NCBI GenBank assembly: GCA_002307245.1
Contig: DBTW01000107.1
Coordinates: 1,976 to 65,975 of the forward strand
Source of the DNA: Spirochaetaceae bacterium UBA1306
GTDB lineage: Bacteria > Spirochaetota > Spirochaetia > Treponematales > Rectinemataceae
Length of the DNA stretch: 64,000 bases
Direction of reading: 5' to 3'
Shown: positions 31,464 through 40,878 of the stretch, piece by piece
Layout of the letters: each line of letters opens with the position of its first letter
Position numbering within the stretch: the first letter of the stretch is position 1
The notes under the pieces: generated by a model
What the model saw: only the letters and a program-made list of their open reading frames with translations
Told to the model about the DNA's origin: nothing
The model's database searches: none
Program-made: the position numbers and the translations under genes

Positions 31464-33011
31464 ATGCCCGACATCGCCCCGATAGTCGAGATGAAAAGGA
31501 TCAATAAGGTATTCCCGGGCGTACGCGCCTTGTCAGACGTGAATTTCCGTCTCTTCAAAGGAGAGGTCCATGCCATCATGGGCCAGAACGGCGCGGGTAA
31601 GTCCACTCTGGTTAAGGTACTTACTGGAGTCTATAAGCAGGACTCCGGGGAAATGCTGCTGGAAGGCAGGCCGATACGGCCCGATTCCCCCCTCGCCGCG
31701 CAGAAGCTCGGCATCAATACCGTCTATCAGGAAGTCAATCTTTGCCTCAACCTCTCCGTCGCCGAGAACATCTTTATCGGCCGGGAGCCCATGAAGCTCG
31801 GAAGTATCGACTGGAAGACAATGAACCGTAAAGCCGCCGAGGTTCTTTTGCGGCTGAACATTAAAATCGACGTCACGAGGACACTCTCGTCCTATTCCAT
31901 AGCGATACAGCAGATGGTCGCCATCGCGCGCGTGCTCGACTCATCCGCCAAGGTCCTCATACTCGACGAGCCGACTTCCAGCCTTGACGAAGGCGAGGTG
32001 GAGCAGCTCTTCAAGGTTATTCGTAAGCTCCGCGACGAAGGCTTGGCGATCCTCTTCATCACGCACTTTCTCGATCAGACTTACCAGATATCCGACAGGA
32101 TCACGGTCCTCAAGAACGGTACTTTCGTCGGAGAATACATGACCGAGAAGCTGCCGAAGCTCGAGCTCATCGCCAAGATGCTTGGCAAGGAGCTATCCGA
32201 GTTCAATTATTCGGCCACGGGCGAAGCGAAGCGAGACGCGAAGCGTGATGCCGAGCGCGCTGCCGCTGCCCATGGAAGCTCAGCGGAAACTATGCTACGA
32301 GCCGAGGGACTCGGGAGGCATGGATCGATAGCGCCCTTCGACCTCGACCTGCATAAGGGCGACGTACTCGGCCTCGCCGGGCTGCTGGGCTCTGGGCGAA
32401 CCGAAATGGCTAGGCTCCTCTTCGGGATCGACAGCGCCGACCGGGGAGACATACTGGTCAAGGGAAAGAAGACGACGCTGGGTTCCCCGCACTCAGCGAT
32501 GATGAAAGGCCTCGGCTTCTGCTCCGAGGACAGGAAGAACGAAGGAATCTTCGCCGAGCTGTCCATCCGGGAAAACATTATCCTAGCGCTCCAAGCCAAG
32601 CGGGGCGCCTTTCGCTACCTCACGAAGGGGAAGCAGCTCGAAATAGCGGATAAGCTGATCAAAGACCTGGCGATTAAGACTCCCAACTCAGATAACGAGA
32701 TCCGACAGCTCTCGGGCGGTAACCAGCAGAAGGTGATGCTGGCGCGGTGGCTCGCGACCGATCCTTCCATCCTAATCCTGGACGAGCCCACGCGCGGCAT
32801 CGACGTGGGCGCCAAGCTCGAGATCATGGAGCAGATCCTGAATCTCAGCCGCGAGGGGTTGGGTGTCATATTCATCTCCTCGGAATTCGAGGAAGTCATC
32901 CGCTGCAGCACGAGGGTCGCCGTGCTGAAGGACAAGGCCAAGGTTGCCGAGCTCCAGGGCGAGGATATGACCGAGCGCGGCATCATGCAAACCATCGCTG
33001 GAGGGAAATGA
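31464..33011 (+). CDS. sugar ABC transporter ATP-binding protein (duplicated ABC domains, YtfR-like)
   Basis: Two Walker A, signature and Walker B sets (GQNGAGKST...LSGGNQQK...ILDEPT). GGAGG lies 7 nt before the ATG at 31464. The track ORF opens at 31425. Confidence 0.92.
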   Translation: MPDIAPIVEMKRINKVFPGVRALSDVNFRLFKGEVHAIMGQNGAGKSTLVKVLTGVYKQDSGEMLLEGRPIRPDSPLAAQKLGINTVYQEVNLCLNLSVAENIFIGREPMKLGSIDWKTMNRKAAEVLLRLNIKIDVTRTLSSYSIAIQQMVAIARVLDSSAKVLILDEPTSSLDEGEVEQLFKVIRKLRDEGLAILFITHFLDQTYQISDRITVLKNGTFVGEYMTEKLPKLELIAKMLGKELSEFNYSATGEAKRDAKRDAERAAAAHGSSAETMLRAEGLGRHGSIAPFDLDLHKGDVLGLAGLLGSGRTEMARLLFGIDSADRGDILVKGKKTTLGSPHSAMMKGLGFCSEDRKNEGIFAELSIRENIILALQAKRGAFRYLTKGKQLEIADKLIKDLAIKTPNSDNEIRQLSGGNQQKVMLARWLATDPSILILDEPTRGIDVGAKLEIMEQILNLSREGLGVIFISSEFEEVIRCSTRVAVLKDKAKVAELQGEDMTERGIMQTIAGGK

Positions 33012-34036
33012 ACATGGCCTGGTGGAAGTCACTGACACGCAAGAAAATTTTTTGGCCCCTCATCGCCCTCGGCGTCCTCATGCTATTCAACCTCTTCTTT
33101 ACGCCGAATTTTTTCCGGTTCGAGATCAAGGAAGGGCATCTTTACGGAAACGTTATTGATATCCTGAAGAATGGCGCCCCGATCATGCTCCTGGCGGTCG
33201 GCCTTACCCTGGTCATCGCGACGAAGGGCATAGACATCTCCGTCGGGTCCATCGTGGCGATCTCGGCCGGCGTCGTGGCAATGTTAATCGGAGGCGATCT
33301 CCACGGCGTTCCCAAGTATCCGATCCCCTACGCGATGGCGGCCGCCTTGGTCGTGTCCGTCATGTGCGGGATGTGGAACGGGATGCTCGTAGCGAGGATA
33401 GGCATGCAGCCGGTGATCGCGACGCTCATCCTGCTGGTAGCGGGACGCGGCATCGCGATGGTCACGACCAACGCTATGATAGTCTGGCTCTACGCCAAGC
33501 CCTTCGCCCTGCTTGGGCAGGGTTACCTTCTCGGCCTTCCCTTCTCGATCTTCATAGTCGCAGGGCTCGTGCTGATGACGGTAATAATAACGCGCCGAAC
33601 GGCTTTGGGGCTCTTCATCGAATCGGTCGGCATCAACCCGACGGCGGCGCGCTTCACCGGCATCAACGCCAAGAACCTCATCTTCTGGGTCTACACCTTC
33701 TGCGGTTTCTGCGCCGGCGTTTCAGGCTTGGTGGTCTGCTCTACGGTGATGAGCGCCGACGGGAACAACGCCGGCGTCGGATACGAGATGGACGCCATCT
33801 TGGCCGTCGTTCTGGGCGGAACCTCGATGAACGGAGGCAAGTTCTACCTGGTCGGCAGCATGGTGGGCGCCTTGATCGTCCAGACCCTGACTACGACGAT
33901 CTACGCCTTCGGCGTCCCGCCGGAAATCGCGCAGGTGGTGAAGGCCCTGGTAGTTTGGATCGTCAGCCTGCTCCAGTCGAAGACTTTCCGATCCATGTTC
34001 CTGGGTATGTTCGGGAAGAAGGAGCTGTCGGTATGA
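33008..34036 (+). CDS. sugar ABC transporter permease (YtfT-like)
   Basis: Polytopic BPD-transporter type-2 permease. ATGA overlap with the ATPase stop. The track ORF start at 32747 is a shadow extension. Confidence 0.9.
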   Translation: MNMAWWKSLTRKKIFWPLIALGVLMLFNLFFTPNFFRFEIKEGHLYGNVIDILKNGAPIMLLAVGLTLVIATKGIDISVGSIVAISAGVVAMLIGGDLHGVPKYPIPYAMAAALVVSVMCGMWNGMLVARIGMQPVIATLILLVAGRGIAMVTTNAMIVWLYAKPFALLGQGYLLGLPFSIFIVAGLVLMTVIITRRTALGLFIESVGINPTAARFTGINAKNLIFWVYTFCGFCAGVSGLVVCSTVMSADGNNAGVGYEMDAILAVVLGGTSMNGGKFYLVGSMVGALIVQTLTTTIYAFGVPPEIAQVVKALVVWIVSLLQSKTFRSMFLGMFGKKELSV

Positions 34037-35052
34037 AGACTAAATCCATCTTCTCCTCGCGCAACCTGCCCATGTACGTGACCATTTGCCTATTCTTCCT
34101 GATGTTCGGCCTTGGAGCGGTTTCCTTCAAGGGCTTCTTCTCGCTGCAGAATTTCCTCAATCTATTCATCGACAATGCCTACCTGATCATTATCGGAGTG
34201 GGCATGACCTTCGTAATCATCTCGGGGGGCATAGACCTTTCGGTAGGGTCCGTCTTGGCTCTCTCAACGATGCTCGCGTCGAGCCTACTCGAGAAATCAC
34301 ACATGGATCCGATCTTGGTGATCCCCATCGTGCTCCTGGTGGGCATTAGCCTCGGGCTTTTCATGGGCTTCCTCATCCAGAAATTCGATTTGCCGCCCTT
34401 TATCATCACTCTCGCGGGGCTATACCTCGCGCGCGGACTCTGTTATGTCATCAGCCTCGATACGATTGGGATCACGAACGCTTTCTGGCAGAAAGCGGCG
34501 CAATCGCAGATTAACATCGGGGATAGTTTCATATCTCCGAGCGTCGTGATAGCCCTAGTCGTATTCTTCGGCGGCATATTCATCTCCCGGAACACCAAGT
34601 TCGGGCGGACCGTGTTCGCCATCGGCGGCAACGAGCAGTCGGCGCTGCTCATGGGCCTCCCCGTTGCGCGAACGAAGATCTGGCTCTACGGTTTCAGCGG
34701 ATTTTGCTCGTCGCTCGCGGGCATCGTGTTCACGTTCTATACGCAATCGGGATATGCGCTGAACGGCAAGGGCATGGAGATGGACGCGATCGCGGCCGTG
34801 GTAATCGGCGGCACGCTCCTGACCGGCGGCGTCGGCAGCATGGTCGGAACGCTTTTCGGGGTCTTCATCTTCGGCACGATCCAGCTGCTGATCGCCTTCC
34901 AGGGCACCCTCAACTCCTGGTGGACGCGCATCGCGATCGGCTTCCTGGTCTTCGTCTTCTGCTTCCTGCAGCGCGTCTTCGAGACCAGGAAGGTCGCGAA
35001 GGAAGCGCCGGAGCCCTCGGCCAAGGCGGGTGCGAAAGCCGCCGAAGCCTGA
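34033..35052 (+). CDS. sugar ABC transporter permease (YjfF-like)
   Basis: Second paralogous permease, with ATGA overlap with the previous gene. The track ORF start at 33364 is a shadow extension. Confidence 0.9.
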   Translation: MKTKSIFSSRNLPMYVTICLFFLMFGLGAVSFKGFFSLQNFLNLFIDNAYLIIIGVGMTFVIISGGIDLSVGSVLALSTMLASSLLEKSHMDPILVIPIVLLVGISLGLFMGFLIQKFDLPPFIITLAGLYLARGLCYVISLDTIGITNAFWQKAAQSQINIGDSFISPSVVIALVVFFGGIFISRNTKFGRTVFAIGGNEQSALLMGLPVARTKIWLYGFSGFCSSLAGIVFTFYTQSGYALNGKGMEMDAIAAVVIGGTLLTGGVGSMVGTLFGVFIFGTIQLLIAFQGTLNSWWTRIAIGFLVFVFCFLQRVFETRKVAKEAPEPSAKAGAKAAEA

Positions 35053-35071
35053 TATAGGCTATGTTTCGTAT

Positions 35072-35112
35072 GCCCGCTCGCCCGGCACCTCCTGGGGCGG
35101 GCGGGCTTTTTT
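35072..35112 (+). terminator. rho-independent terminator of the ABC operon
   Basis: Stem GCCCGCTCGCCC / GGGCGGGCGGGC (one G-T pair) followed by TTTTTT. Confidence 0.8.
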
Positions 35113-35175
35113 ATGCTCAGGGGGCTTGCTTATTTGATCTTGTGGACCCATGTGCCAGCGGCAGGCCGGCTCGCG

Positions 35176-36522
35176 CTAGAGGGTTTCGGCCACCTTCCGG
35201 CTCTCCCTCCGGGACAGCCAGAGGAGGAAGCCCATGAGGGGCACCACCGCGATCGCGATCCAGTCGCCGGCGGATAGCTTCAGGAGCCAATAACGGATCG
35301 GGTTGCCCCCGTCGGTGAAGGCGTTCATAAGGCCGATGCCGGCGCCGAAGTCCATGCCCGTCGTGGCGGCCAATTTCGTGATCAGCGGGGCAAGGTCGCT
35401 GGCGATGAGCATGAAGATCGCGACGACGGGCAAGCCAGCGAGGACGGCGCGGAACACGTTGCCTCCCATCACGAGGGTGAGTAGTGAGAATATCGAGATG
35501 AGGTTGGGCAAGTCCCCGAGGGGAATGATCCTGTTGCCGGGAAGGATGAAGGCCATGGCCACGGAGAGCGGCATGAGTATGAGCCCTGTCATGATCACCG
35601 AGGGGTTGGTCATTATGACGCCCGTATCCATCGCGATGGAGAGTTCCCTACCCGGGAAGCGCTTCTGAACCGCATTTCTAAGCGCTGTCGAGACTGCACC
35701 CATGCCTTGTCCCATGAGCTGCCCGCAGGCGGGCAAGATGAACATGACGGCTGCAACGTCGACGCCGAGCTCGAGGACCTCCCGGAGCCCGTAGCCCGCC
35801 GCGATTGCCAGGATGATGCCTACGGCCAGGCCGATTACGATGGGCTCGGCCAGCAGGGATTTCTCGCCTTTGGAAGAGCGGGAGGGATCTATGGACAGTT
35901 TCCTGAAGCCGGGTATCGAATCGAAGAGCTTGTCCATGGCGATGGCGTAGGGCATGAGCCCCGCCACCGACAGGGGGCTTATGCCGATGGCCTTGAGCCC
36001 GCACTCGCGCTCGACGTAGGGAGCACTCCATTCGGCGTTTTTAATGGTATAAATTGCGATGGCGACGACGGCGGCCAGGGCCAGGGGAAGGCTGGCGCCC
36101 GTGGCTTGGAGCAGGGCACCCATGAAGGCGAAGTGCCAATAATTCCAGACATCTATATAGACGATATTCGTGGCTTTCAGGGCGAGCATGGCCAGGTTGA
36201 TCGCGACTGCGACTAGAATGCATACGGGGGCGAGGCTCCATGACCAGGTGATCGCCGCCAGTGGGGGCCAACCCACGTCGAGCACCGGATAGTCGAGGCC
36301 GCGGACCGACACGAAGGCTTTGACCGCGGGGCCAATGCGCGAGACGAAGAAATTGAAAGCCACGAATATCCCAGCGAAGCCTGCGGCGAGCCGAAGGGAA
36401 GAGATCAGGGCTTCCTTGATCCTCATCCTCGCCGCGAGGCCAATGATAAGGACGATGACCGGGAGCATGACATAGGCCTTGAATTCGAAGAAAGCCTTTA
36501 TTGCGTTGGCGATGCTGTCCAT
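35176..36522 (-). CDS. PTS EIIC component, galactitol (GatC) family
   Basis: Collinear by eye with E. coli GatC as I remember it (VMLPVIVLIIG, LDVGWP, VDVWNYWH, GNPIRYWLL). 448 aa. Confidence 0.85.
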   Translation of the reverse strand: MDSIANAIKAFFEFKAYVMLPVIVLIIGLAARMRIKEALISSLRLAAGFAGIFVAFNFFVSRIGPAVKAFVSVRGLDYPVLDVGWPPLAAITWSWSLAPVCILVAVAINLAMLALKATNIVYIDVWNYWHFAFMGALLQATGASLPLALAAVVAIAIYTIKNAEWSAPYVERECGLKAIGISPLSVAGLMPYAIAMDKLFDSIPGFRKLSIDPSRSSKGEKSLLAEPIVIGLAVGIILAIAAGYGLREVLELGVDVAAVMFILPACGQLMGQGMGAVSTALRNAVQKRFPGRELSIAMDTGVIMTNPSVIMTGLILMPLSVAMAFILPGNRIIPLGDLPNLISIFSLLTLVMGGNVFRAVLAGLPVVAIFMLIASDLAPLITKLAATTGMDFGAGIGLMNAFTDGGNPIRYWLLKLSAGDWIAIAVVPLMGFLLWLSRRESRKVAETL

Positions 36523-36606
36523 GAAGCTTGCCCTCCATGGCTATTCTCCACGTTCGCGGCCGCTTAGGCAACGCTTGGCGGTTTCTGGGATCCTGGAATT
36601 CCCGCA

Positions 36607-36635
36607 TTGCCTTGCCAAGGAAAGAGCCCTATACT
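36607..36635 (+). promoter_or_regulatory. possible sigma70 promoter for the lipoprotein gene
   Basis: TTGCCT, a 17-nt spacer, then TATACT (36630-36635). Confidence 0.45.
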
Positions 36636-36732
36636 GCCCGCAATAAAAGTTAACGCGAGGAAGGCTGTATGGATGCGGGAAGTACGCTCGTATCGCGCAT
36701 AAGGGCCGCCGAAATACCTCCGGAAGGGCTCC

Positions 36733-37155
36733 GTGGCTAGGTCGGTCGGCCTTGCCATCCTAGCTATCGCTATCGCGGCCCTCGTCTCCGCTTGCGGAGA
36801 GGGCTATTCCTACAGCGTTATGAAGGGCAGGCTAGAGGCCGGCAGCGATGCCAGGACGAGCGCCGCCTTCGCGATGAATCGTCGGCCTTTGCGGCTCGAG
36901 GCCTATCTTCGACTATCCGAAGGCGCGAGCGCCGCGATCGTGATAGACCACCCCGACGGCCGTACCACCGATACCCTGATCGTCGAAGGCCCTGGGATAC
37001 GCGAGCTAATGAAGGAATTCCAGAAGGAGCCGGGCAGCTGGGGCCTTCGCCTGGAAGCCCGGGGCGGCCGGATTTCGTATTGGGCGGCCATTCACGATAA
37101 AAAGAAATTCGCAGGCCCGGACGAGGACGAAAGGCGTCAAGTCGAGGGCGATTAG
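36733..37155 (+). CDS. hypothetical lipoprotein
   Basis: GTG start. Signal peptide with lipobox-like LVSAC. No family recognised. Confidence 0.6.
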   Translation: MARSVGLAILAIAIAALVSACGEGYSYSVMKGRLEAGSDARTSAAFAMNRRPLRLEAYLRLSEGASAAIVIDHPDGRTTDTLIVEGPGIRELMKEFQKEPGSWGLRLEARGGRISYWAAIHDKKKFAGPDEDERRQVEGD

Positions 37156-37202
37156 GCCACGAGCCTAGCTCCCGCCCTGCCTCGCATCTCGTCCACGTCG
37201 TT

Positions 37203-38870
37203 TTATTTGTCTTTTTTCTTCCCGAAGAGGCCCTTAAGGCGATCCACGATGCCCGGTTTTTTTGCGGGAACCGCCGGCTGAGTCCGCGGAGCCTGTCGTT
37301 GCGGAGGATTCTGTGCGATTGGCGGCCGCGAGGCCCCTCGCGGGGCGTTTTGCTGGGGGCGCTGGCCCTGGGGCTTCTGTTCGGCGGGACGCTGGCCCTT
37401 AGGGCGGGAGCCCTGCTTGGGTGCTCCGCCGCCGGTTCCGGCCTCGGCCGCATACTTTTCCTTGTAGCGCCTCATGCGCTCTTCCTCGGGCATGGCGTAG
37501 GGATCGCCCTGCCGTTGCGGCGCAGGCCTGGGCGCCTGGCCTCGCCCCTGGTCTCCCTCTGGGCGCGCCTGGGGCCTGGGCGGCTGGCGCCCGTCGGGGC
37601 GCGGCGCCGGGCGGCGGCTTTCCGGCCTGCGGCTGGAGCTCGGGCCCGATGGGCTGCGTCCTCCGCCCCGGCGCTCCTCGCGGCCCCGGCCTTGGCCGCC
37701 GCGCTCGTGGGAAAAGCGTATCCCCGAGCTACGGTCCGCGAGGAGCAGGGACTCCTCGAAGGGCATGACGGGGATCTTGTCGCCGAGGTATTTTTCGATG
37801 GCGTAAAGACCATAGACGAATTTCTCGCAGGCGAGGGTGATGGCCTTGCCTGCCTTGCCTGCGCGGGCTGTGCGGCCGATGCGGTGCACGTAGGACTCGG
37901 CGTCCTCGGGCACGTCGTAGTTGACCACGAGCGCGAGGGCGTCGATGTCGAGCCCTCGCGCGGCAACGTCGGTGGCGACGAGCATCTTGACCTGGCCGGC
38001 CTTGAGCCGCTCGATCACCTCGAGGCGCTTGGCTTGGGGCAGGTCGCCCATTATGTACTCGCAGTCGTAGCCGTTCACCTTGAGCCTGCGGGCGAGCTCC
38101 TCGACCATGAATTTCTGATTGCAGAAGATCAGGCAGCTCTCCGGCTTCTCCCGGTCAAGGAGGCCGAGGAGGAGGGACATCTTCTCGTGGGACCCGACGT
38201 GGTAGAGCTCTTGGGTGACCAAGTCGACTGTCACGTGCTCGGGCTCGATCGAGATTTCCGCGGGATCTCTCATGTATTCCCAAGCGAGGTCCTTGACCCG
38301 GAGGCCGAGGGTGGCCGAAAAAAGGTAGGTCTGGCGGTCGCTCGCCTTGGGGAGGTAGCGAAGGAGCTTGCGGATGTCGTCGATGAAACCCATGTCGAAC
38401 ATGCGGTCGGCCTCGTCTATGACGAGGAATCGGACTTCCTGGAGGAGCATCTTGCCCTGCTGTAGGAGGTCTATGACGCGGCCTGGCGTCCCGACTATCA
38501 CCTGCACGTCCTCGCGGAGCATGTCGACCTGGGGGCCGTAGCTGACGCCGCCGTAGAAGGCGCCGGCGCTGACGCTCAGGTATTTTCCGAGCTTCGCCGC
38601 CTCGGCCTCGATCTGGACCGCGAGCTCCCGGGTCGGGGCGAGGATGAGGACCTTGCGGGTGCGCAGTTCAGGGACGGTCATGATCCGCTGGAAGATGGAA
38701 ATAAGGAAGGCTGCGGTCTTGCCCGTGCCCGTCTGGGACTGCGCGTAGATGTCCCTACCGGAGAGCGAGTGGGCGAAGACCATTTCCTGGACGGGCATGC
38801 AGCTCGTGAAGCCGGCTTCTTGGATGCCCTTAAACAGGTCAGGATGAAGATTTAGGTCCTGGAATTCCAT
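37203..38870 (-). CDS. DEAD-box ATP-dependent RNA helicase with R/P/G/Q-rich C-terminal tail
   Basis: Q motif, AQSQTGTGKT, PTRELA, DEAD (VIDEADRM), SAT and HRIGRTARAG. The tail is low-complexity. Confidence 0.92.
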   Translation of the reverse strand: MEFQDLNLHPDLFKGIQEAGFTSCMPVQEMVFAHSLSGRDIYAQSQTGTGKTAAFLISIFQRIMTVPELRTRKVLILAPTRELAVQIEAEAAKLGKYLSVSAGAFYGGVSYGPQVDMLREDVQVIVGTPGRVIDLLQQGKMLLQEVRFLVIDEADRMFDMGFIDDIRKLLRYLPKASDRQTYLFSATLGLRVKDLAWEYMRDPAEISIEPEHVTVDLVTQELYHVGSHEKMSLLLGLLDREKPESCLIFCNQKFMVEELARRLKVNGYDCEYIMGDLPQAKRLEVIERLKAGQVKMLVATDVAARGLDIDALALVVNYDVPEDAESYVHRIGRTARAGKAGKAITLACEKFVYGLYAIEKYLGDKIPVMPFEESLLLADRSSGIRFSHERGGQGRGREERRGGGRSPSGPSSSRRPESRRPAPRPDGRQPPRPQARPEGDQGRGQAPRPAPQRQGDPYAMPEEERMRRYKEKYAAEAGTGGGAPKQGSRPKGQRPAEQKPQGQRPQQNAPRGASRPPIAQNPPQRQAPRTQPAVPAKKPGIVDRLKGLFGKKKDK

Positions 38871-38959
38871 GTGTGCGCTCGATTCACTGAAGATAGATAG
38901 AGTATAATCGATCGTCGGATAAGTATTAAGGGGGCGCCGGGACGGCGCCGAGGGGCGGT

Positions 38960-39511
38960 ATGCCGAAGAACCGTTCGAAATCCCTATGCCTGGCCATCGC
39001 CTTGGCTATTTCCGCTTTCCCGGCCTTCTCAGCGGGTGGGGGCGACCTCATCGGGGGCGATTCCTGGGCTTGCCTGGTCGAAGCGCCGGAGGGTTGGGTC
39101 ATGGACGAAGCATCGCTTCGTCTGCACGGCATTCAGGGACTCTTTGTCAAAGCGGGAGCCAGCTTCGATCCGACTCTCCTCCATATGTATATCTTCCCGA
39201 GCCCCAAGGCGCCTGGAGGGAGCGTATCCCTGGGGGATTTCATTAAAACCGATGAGGCCTCCTATGTAGCGACCCGCCAGGGGATCCATGCGCGGACCTT
39301 GCCCGACTACGATCCGGGCATGGGCTATCGCTATGCCATGCGCGAGCTCGACGATTCGGTAGAGGGTTATTATGAGGCTATCGCATATTACGAAGGCGAG
39401 GCGGCCTTCTTCGCCTTCATACTCTCCTGCCGCTCGCCCGAGGAGCGCAGCCGAGAGCGTGGCGCCCTCCTCGCGCTCCTGGATTCCTTCACCTACCTCC
39501 GCAAGGAATAG
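38960..39511 (+). CDS. secreted hypothetical protein (operon gene 1)
   Basis: Signal peptide LCLAIALAISAFPAFSA. GC-rich third positions. No family recognised. Confidence 0.6.
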   Translation: MPKNRSKSLCLAIALAISAFPAFSAGGGDLIGGDSWACLVEAPEGWVMDEASLRLHGIQGLFVKAGASFDPTLLHMYIFPSPKAPGGSVSLGDFIKTDEASYVATRQGIHARTLPDYDPGMGYRYAMRELDDSVEGYYEAIAYYEGEAAFFAFILSCRSPEERSRERGALLALLDSFTYLRKE

Positions 39512-39514
39512 CGG

Positions 39515-40183
39515 ATGTCTTTCCCATCGAAGGCTCTCTCCGCGATCCTACTGGCCATCCACGCCCTAACCTTCGCGCAGATCCCTGGCGCCGCCCTTCC
39601 TCCCGGAGACGGAGGGGCGCGAACCAAGGCTCTCGCCGCCATAGCCGAGGCCGACCCGGAACTCTCCAGCCATTTTGGGCTATTCAAGATCAGGCCGGCA
39701 GCTACCGGAAGCTCCGACGCGAAGCTTGTCGTCGCGGCGAATATCGTCAGCTCCGTCGGCGGCAAGCGGGTAAGCCCCGAGGCCTTGGGGGAGATCGCAG
39801 CCAGGGAGAAGCTCTATACCGAGGACGCCTATGGCGCGAACTCGGTCCTGGGAGCCACGTCACTGTGCCGCCTTATGTCCCTTGCCATGGGCGGACGCTA
39901 TTCGATCAGCCTGGAGCAACGGATCGTCGACCGAATTCCCTCGGAAGAAGCCCAGGATGCCGAAGCTTCGAGCGATCTCTTCGTGATCCTCGTCTATATC
40001 GACCGAGTCCCCATGATCGAGTCGCGACTCGCCTGGGGGCCCGACGGCCGAATCCTCCGAGTCTCTGTCGTCAATCCGCAGCTTGGCTCCGTGGGCGCGG
40101 TGCCATATAAGGCTCGGTCGGAATATGATCCGGAAGCCTTCGATGTTTGGGAGTTCTATCGCTTCAGGAAGGCAGCGAGATGA
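39515..40183 (+). CDS. secreted hypothetical protein (operon gene 2)
   Basis: 3-nt gap after gene 1. Signal peptide ALSAILLAIHALTFAQ. No family recognised. Confidence 0.6.
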   Translation: MSFPSKALSAILLAIHALTFAQIPGAALPPGDGGARTKALAAIAEADPELSSHFGLFKIRPAATGSSDAKLVVAANIVSSVGGKRVSPEALGEIAAREKLYTEDAYGANSVLGATSLCRLMSLAMGGRYSISLEQRIVDRIPSEEAQDAEASSDLFVILVYIDRVPMIESRLAWGPDGRILRVSVVNPQLGSVGAVPYKARSEYDPEAFDVWEFYRFRKAAR

Positions 40184-40878
40184 TGAAGCCCGCCTGCCTC
40201 GCCCTCGCCGCCTGCCTGGCCGCTGCCCCGGCGCTCGCGGCGCCGAGCGCCGGGAAGCTCGACCCGAAGATGCTCTGCGAGGGTTCCTGGTTTCTGAGCC
40301 TGGTCCCCGGCCAGCGGGAGGCTCTACGCTTCTTCGCCCTCGCTCCGGCCGACGCGTCGTCGCTCTATCTGCGGCGTTTTATGACGCCCGCGTACTATCT
40401 CGACGCCCTGTCGGGCGACGAGCTTAAGGTCCTCCTCTGGCCCGGACCGAAGGAGCGGCGCCTCGACTTCTCGCCGGGCGACGGATCCTTCAAGCGCGAG
40501 ACGAATCCCGCCCTGCTCGAGTATCGCAGGACGGCTAAGGGCGGGTCGCCGTACGAGGGTGATTGGGAGATCGGGAAACCGGCGATGGCCGTTTCGATAC
40601 TGCGCTGCGAAAAACGGGCTTGGTCCCTCGTCATGTATTTCCCGGGCGATCCCCTCTCGGCCTTGCCCATGGGCTATTACCCGCTCTACCCCATCGGCGA
40701 CGGCGTCTATCGCTCCTCATCGGCCTTCGCCGATTCCCTTATCGAGCTCGAGTACGATGGGGACTCGGATGCCCTGTTGATCCGCCCCCTTTTCAAGGAG
40801 CGGCCTCTCGCCGCCGAGCTCTACGACCCGGTCCGGGCTTGGCCGGGCAAGGAGGCGGGCGATGTGCGGGCTCGATAG
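40180..40878 (+). CDS. secreted hypothetical protein (operon gene 3)
   Basis: ATGA overlap with gene 2. Signal peptide MMKPACLALAACLAAAPALAA. The track ORF opens at 40147. Confidence 0.6.
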   Translation: MMKPACLALAACLAAAPALAAPSAGKLDPKMLCEGSWFLSLVPGQREALRFFALAPADASSLYLRRFMTPAYYLDALSGDELKVLLWPGPKERRLDFSPGDGSFKRETNPALLEYRRTAKGGSPYEGDWEIGKPAMAVSILRCEKRAWSLVMYFPGDPLSALPMGYYPLYPIGDGVYRSSSAFADSLIELEYDGDSDALLIRPLFKERPLAAELYDPVRAWPGKEAGDVRAR

